Of a stretch of DNA of 64,000 nucleotides, positions 63,076-64,000 are shown one piece after another. The stretch comes from Heptranchias perlo (lineage: Eukaryota). A model generated the notes under the pieces. It did not search any database and had not been told where the DNA came from. It worked only from the letters and a program-made list of their open reading frames with translations. Made by a program: the position numbers and the translations under genes. The first letter of the stretch is position 1. Every line of letters starts with the position of its first letter. The stretch lies in assembly GCF_035084215.1 (NCBI RefSeq), contig NC_090347.1, positions 45,818,001 to 45,882,000 on the forward strand, given 5' to 3'.

Positions 63076-64000
63076 ACTAAAGGGAAAAGACATTGGGCCG
63101 AATTTTGCTATGAGCGGCAAATGAACGGCAGCCGCTGTTCATTGGACTTGCACTTGCCTGCAGACTTTCTCTGGGGTTTTGTAAATTAGAGACCCATTCA
63201 GCACGGCGCCCTCTACAGGGTATCTGAGACCTGTGAGAACAGGGCCAGCAGCTGTGTATCTCTTTAACCAATCAGATGGAAGAATCGTTACTGAGCAGCG
63301 CAGCGTCTGAAACCAGGAAGTGTAAGCTCGAATAGTGAATTCAATGTCAAATCAGGTACAGAAAGAGAAATGAAGAGAGGGTAAGAAAGATTGGATTAAG
63401 AGACAGATAAAAGAGACAGAAAGAAAAAGGATTTCATTAAAAAAAAATTTAAATGTCCAACAATAATTAAAAGCTGAAGGATTGAGACTCCACACTTGTA
63501 AAAGTTAATTTTCAGTGCCAGAGAGGTTGTTTGACAGTAATTAAGACTTACCATGCCGTTAAAAGGGTACTTACACTGGATTGGACAAGCCCTAACTTTT
63601 TTTGGTGAGTTTAGTCCGTATCTATGAGATAAGTACAAGAACTTCACACCGTTCAATACATTTGAATGGTGAGTCAGACAACAAGATGCCGTTTTAGAAT
63701 CATAGATAGGTTACAGCATAGAAGGAGGCCATTTGGCCCATCGAGTCTGTGCCGAGCAATCCAGCTAGCACCACTCCCCCACCCTATCCCCATAGCCCTG
63801 TAAATTTTTTCCTTTCAAGTCCTTATCCAGTTTGCTTTTGAAGGCCATGATTGAATCTGCCTCCACCACCCCCTCGGGCAGTGCAATTCAGATCCCAACC
63901 ACTCGCTGTGTAAAAAGGTTTTTCCTCATCTCACCTTTGGTTCTTTTGCCAATCACCTTAAATCTATGTCCTCTGGTTCTTGACCCTTCCACCAATGGGA

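Noticed and set aside
1-64000. Exons of ACSF2, the expected host gene of CHAD
   Set aside because: I found no acyl-CoA synthetase motifs in the ORF track or by eye; short exons could have been missed.

Overview
Repeat-rich vertebrate genomic DNA. The repeat repertoire (DeuSINE/SacSINE1-type SINEs, an LF-SINE-like element, and abundant CR1 and L2 LINEs) points to a cartilaginous fish; this is an inference. The only intact host gene I can support is chondroadherin (CHAD) on the minus strand. It has three coding exons (21557-20787, 12952-12789, 7979-7841; 357 aa), a TATA box, and a splice donor 4 nt after the stop codon. A decayed signal-peptide/LRR exon lies at 61634-62036 (+). The rest is mostly transposable elements. 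Main highlights: (1) a 3.2-kb fold-back Penelope-like (Neptune-type, RT + GIY-YIG) insertion with ~1.56-kb inverted arms, a 13-bp TSD and a minimal hammerhead ribozyme in each arm, plus an independent ~200-bp miniature with the same architecture; (2) an apparently full-length, TSD-bounded APE-RT LINE that begins with a tRNA-type Pol III head; (3) a two-gene Harbinger transposon interrupted by a young CR1; (4) an LF-SINE-like element whose 3' part is amplified as a 67-bp minisatellite; (5) a solo LTR; (6) a duplicated non-coding block that may be regulatory. Boundaries of old repeats are approximate, and family names come from motif recognition, not database searches.
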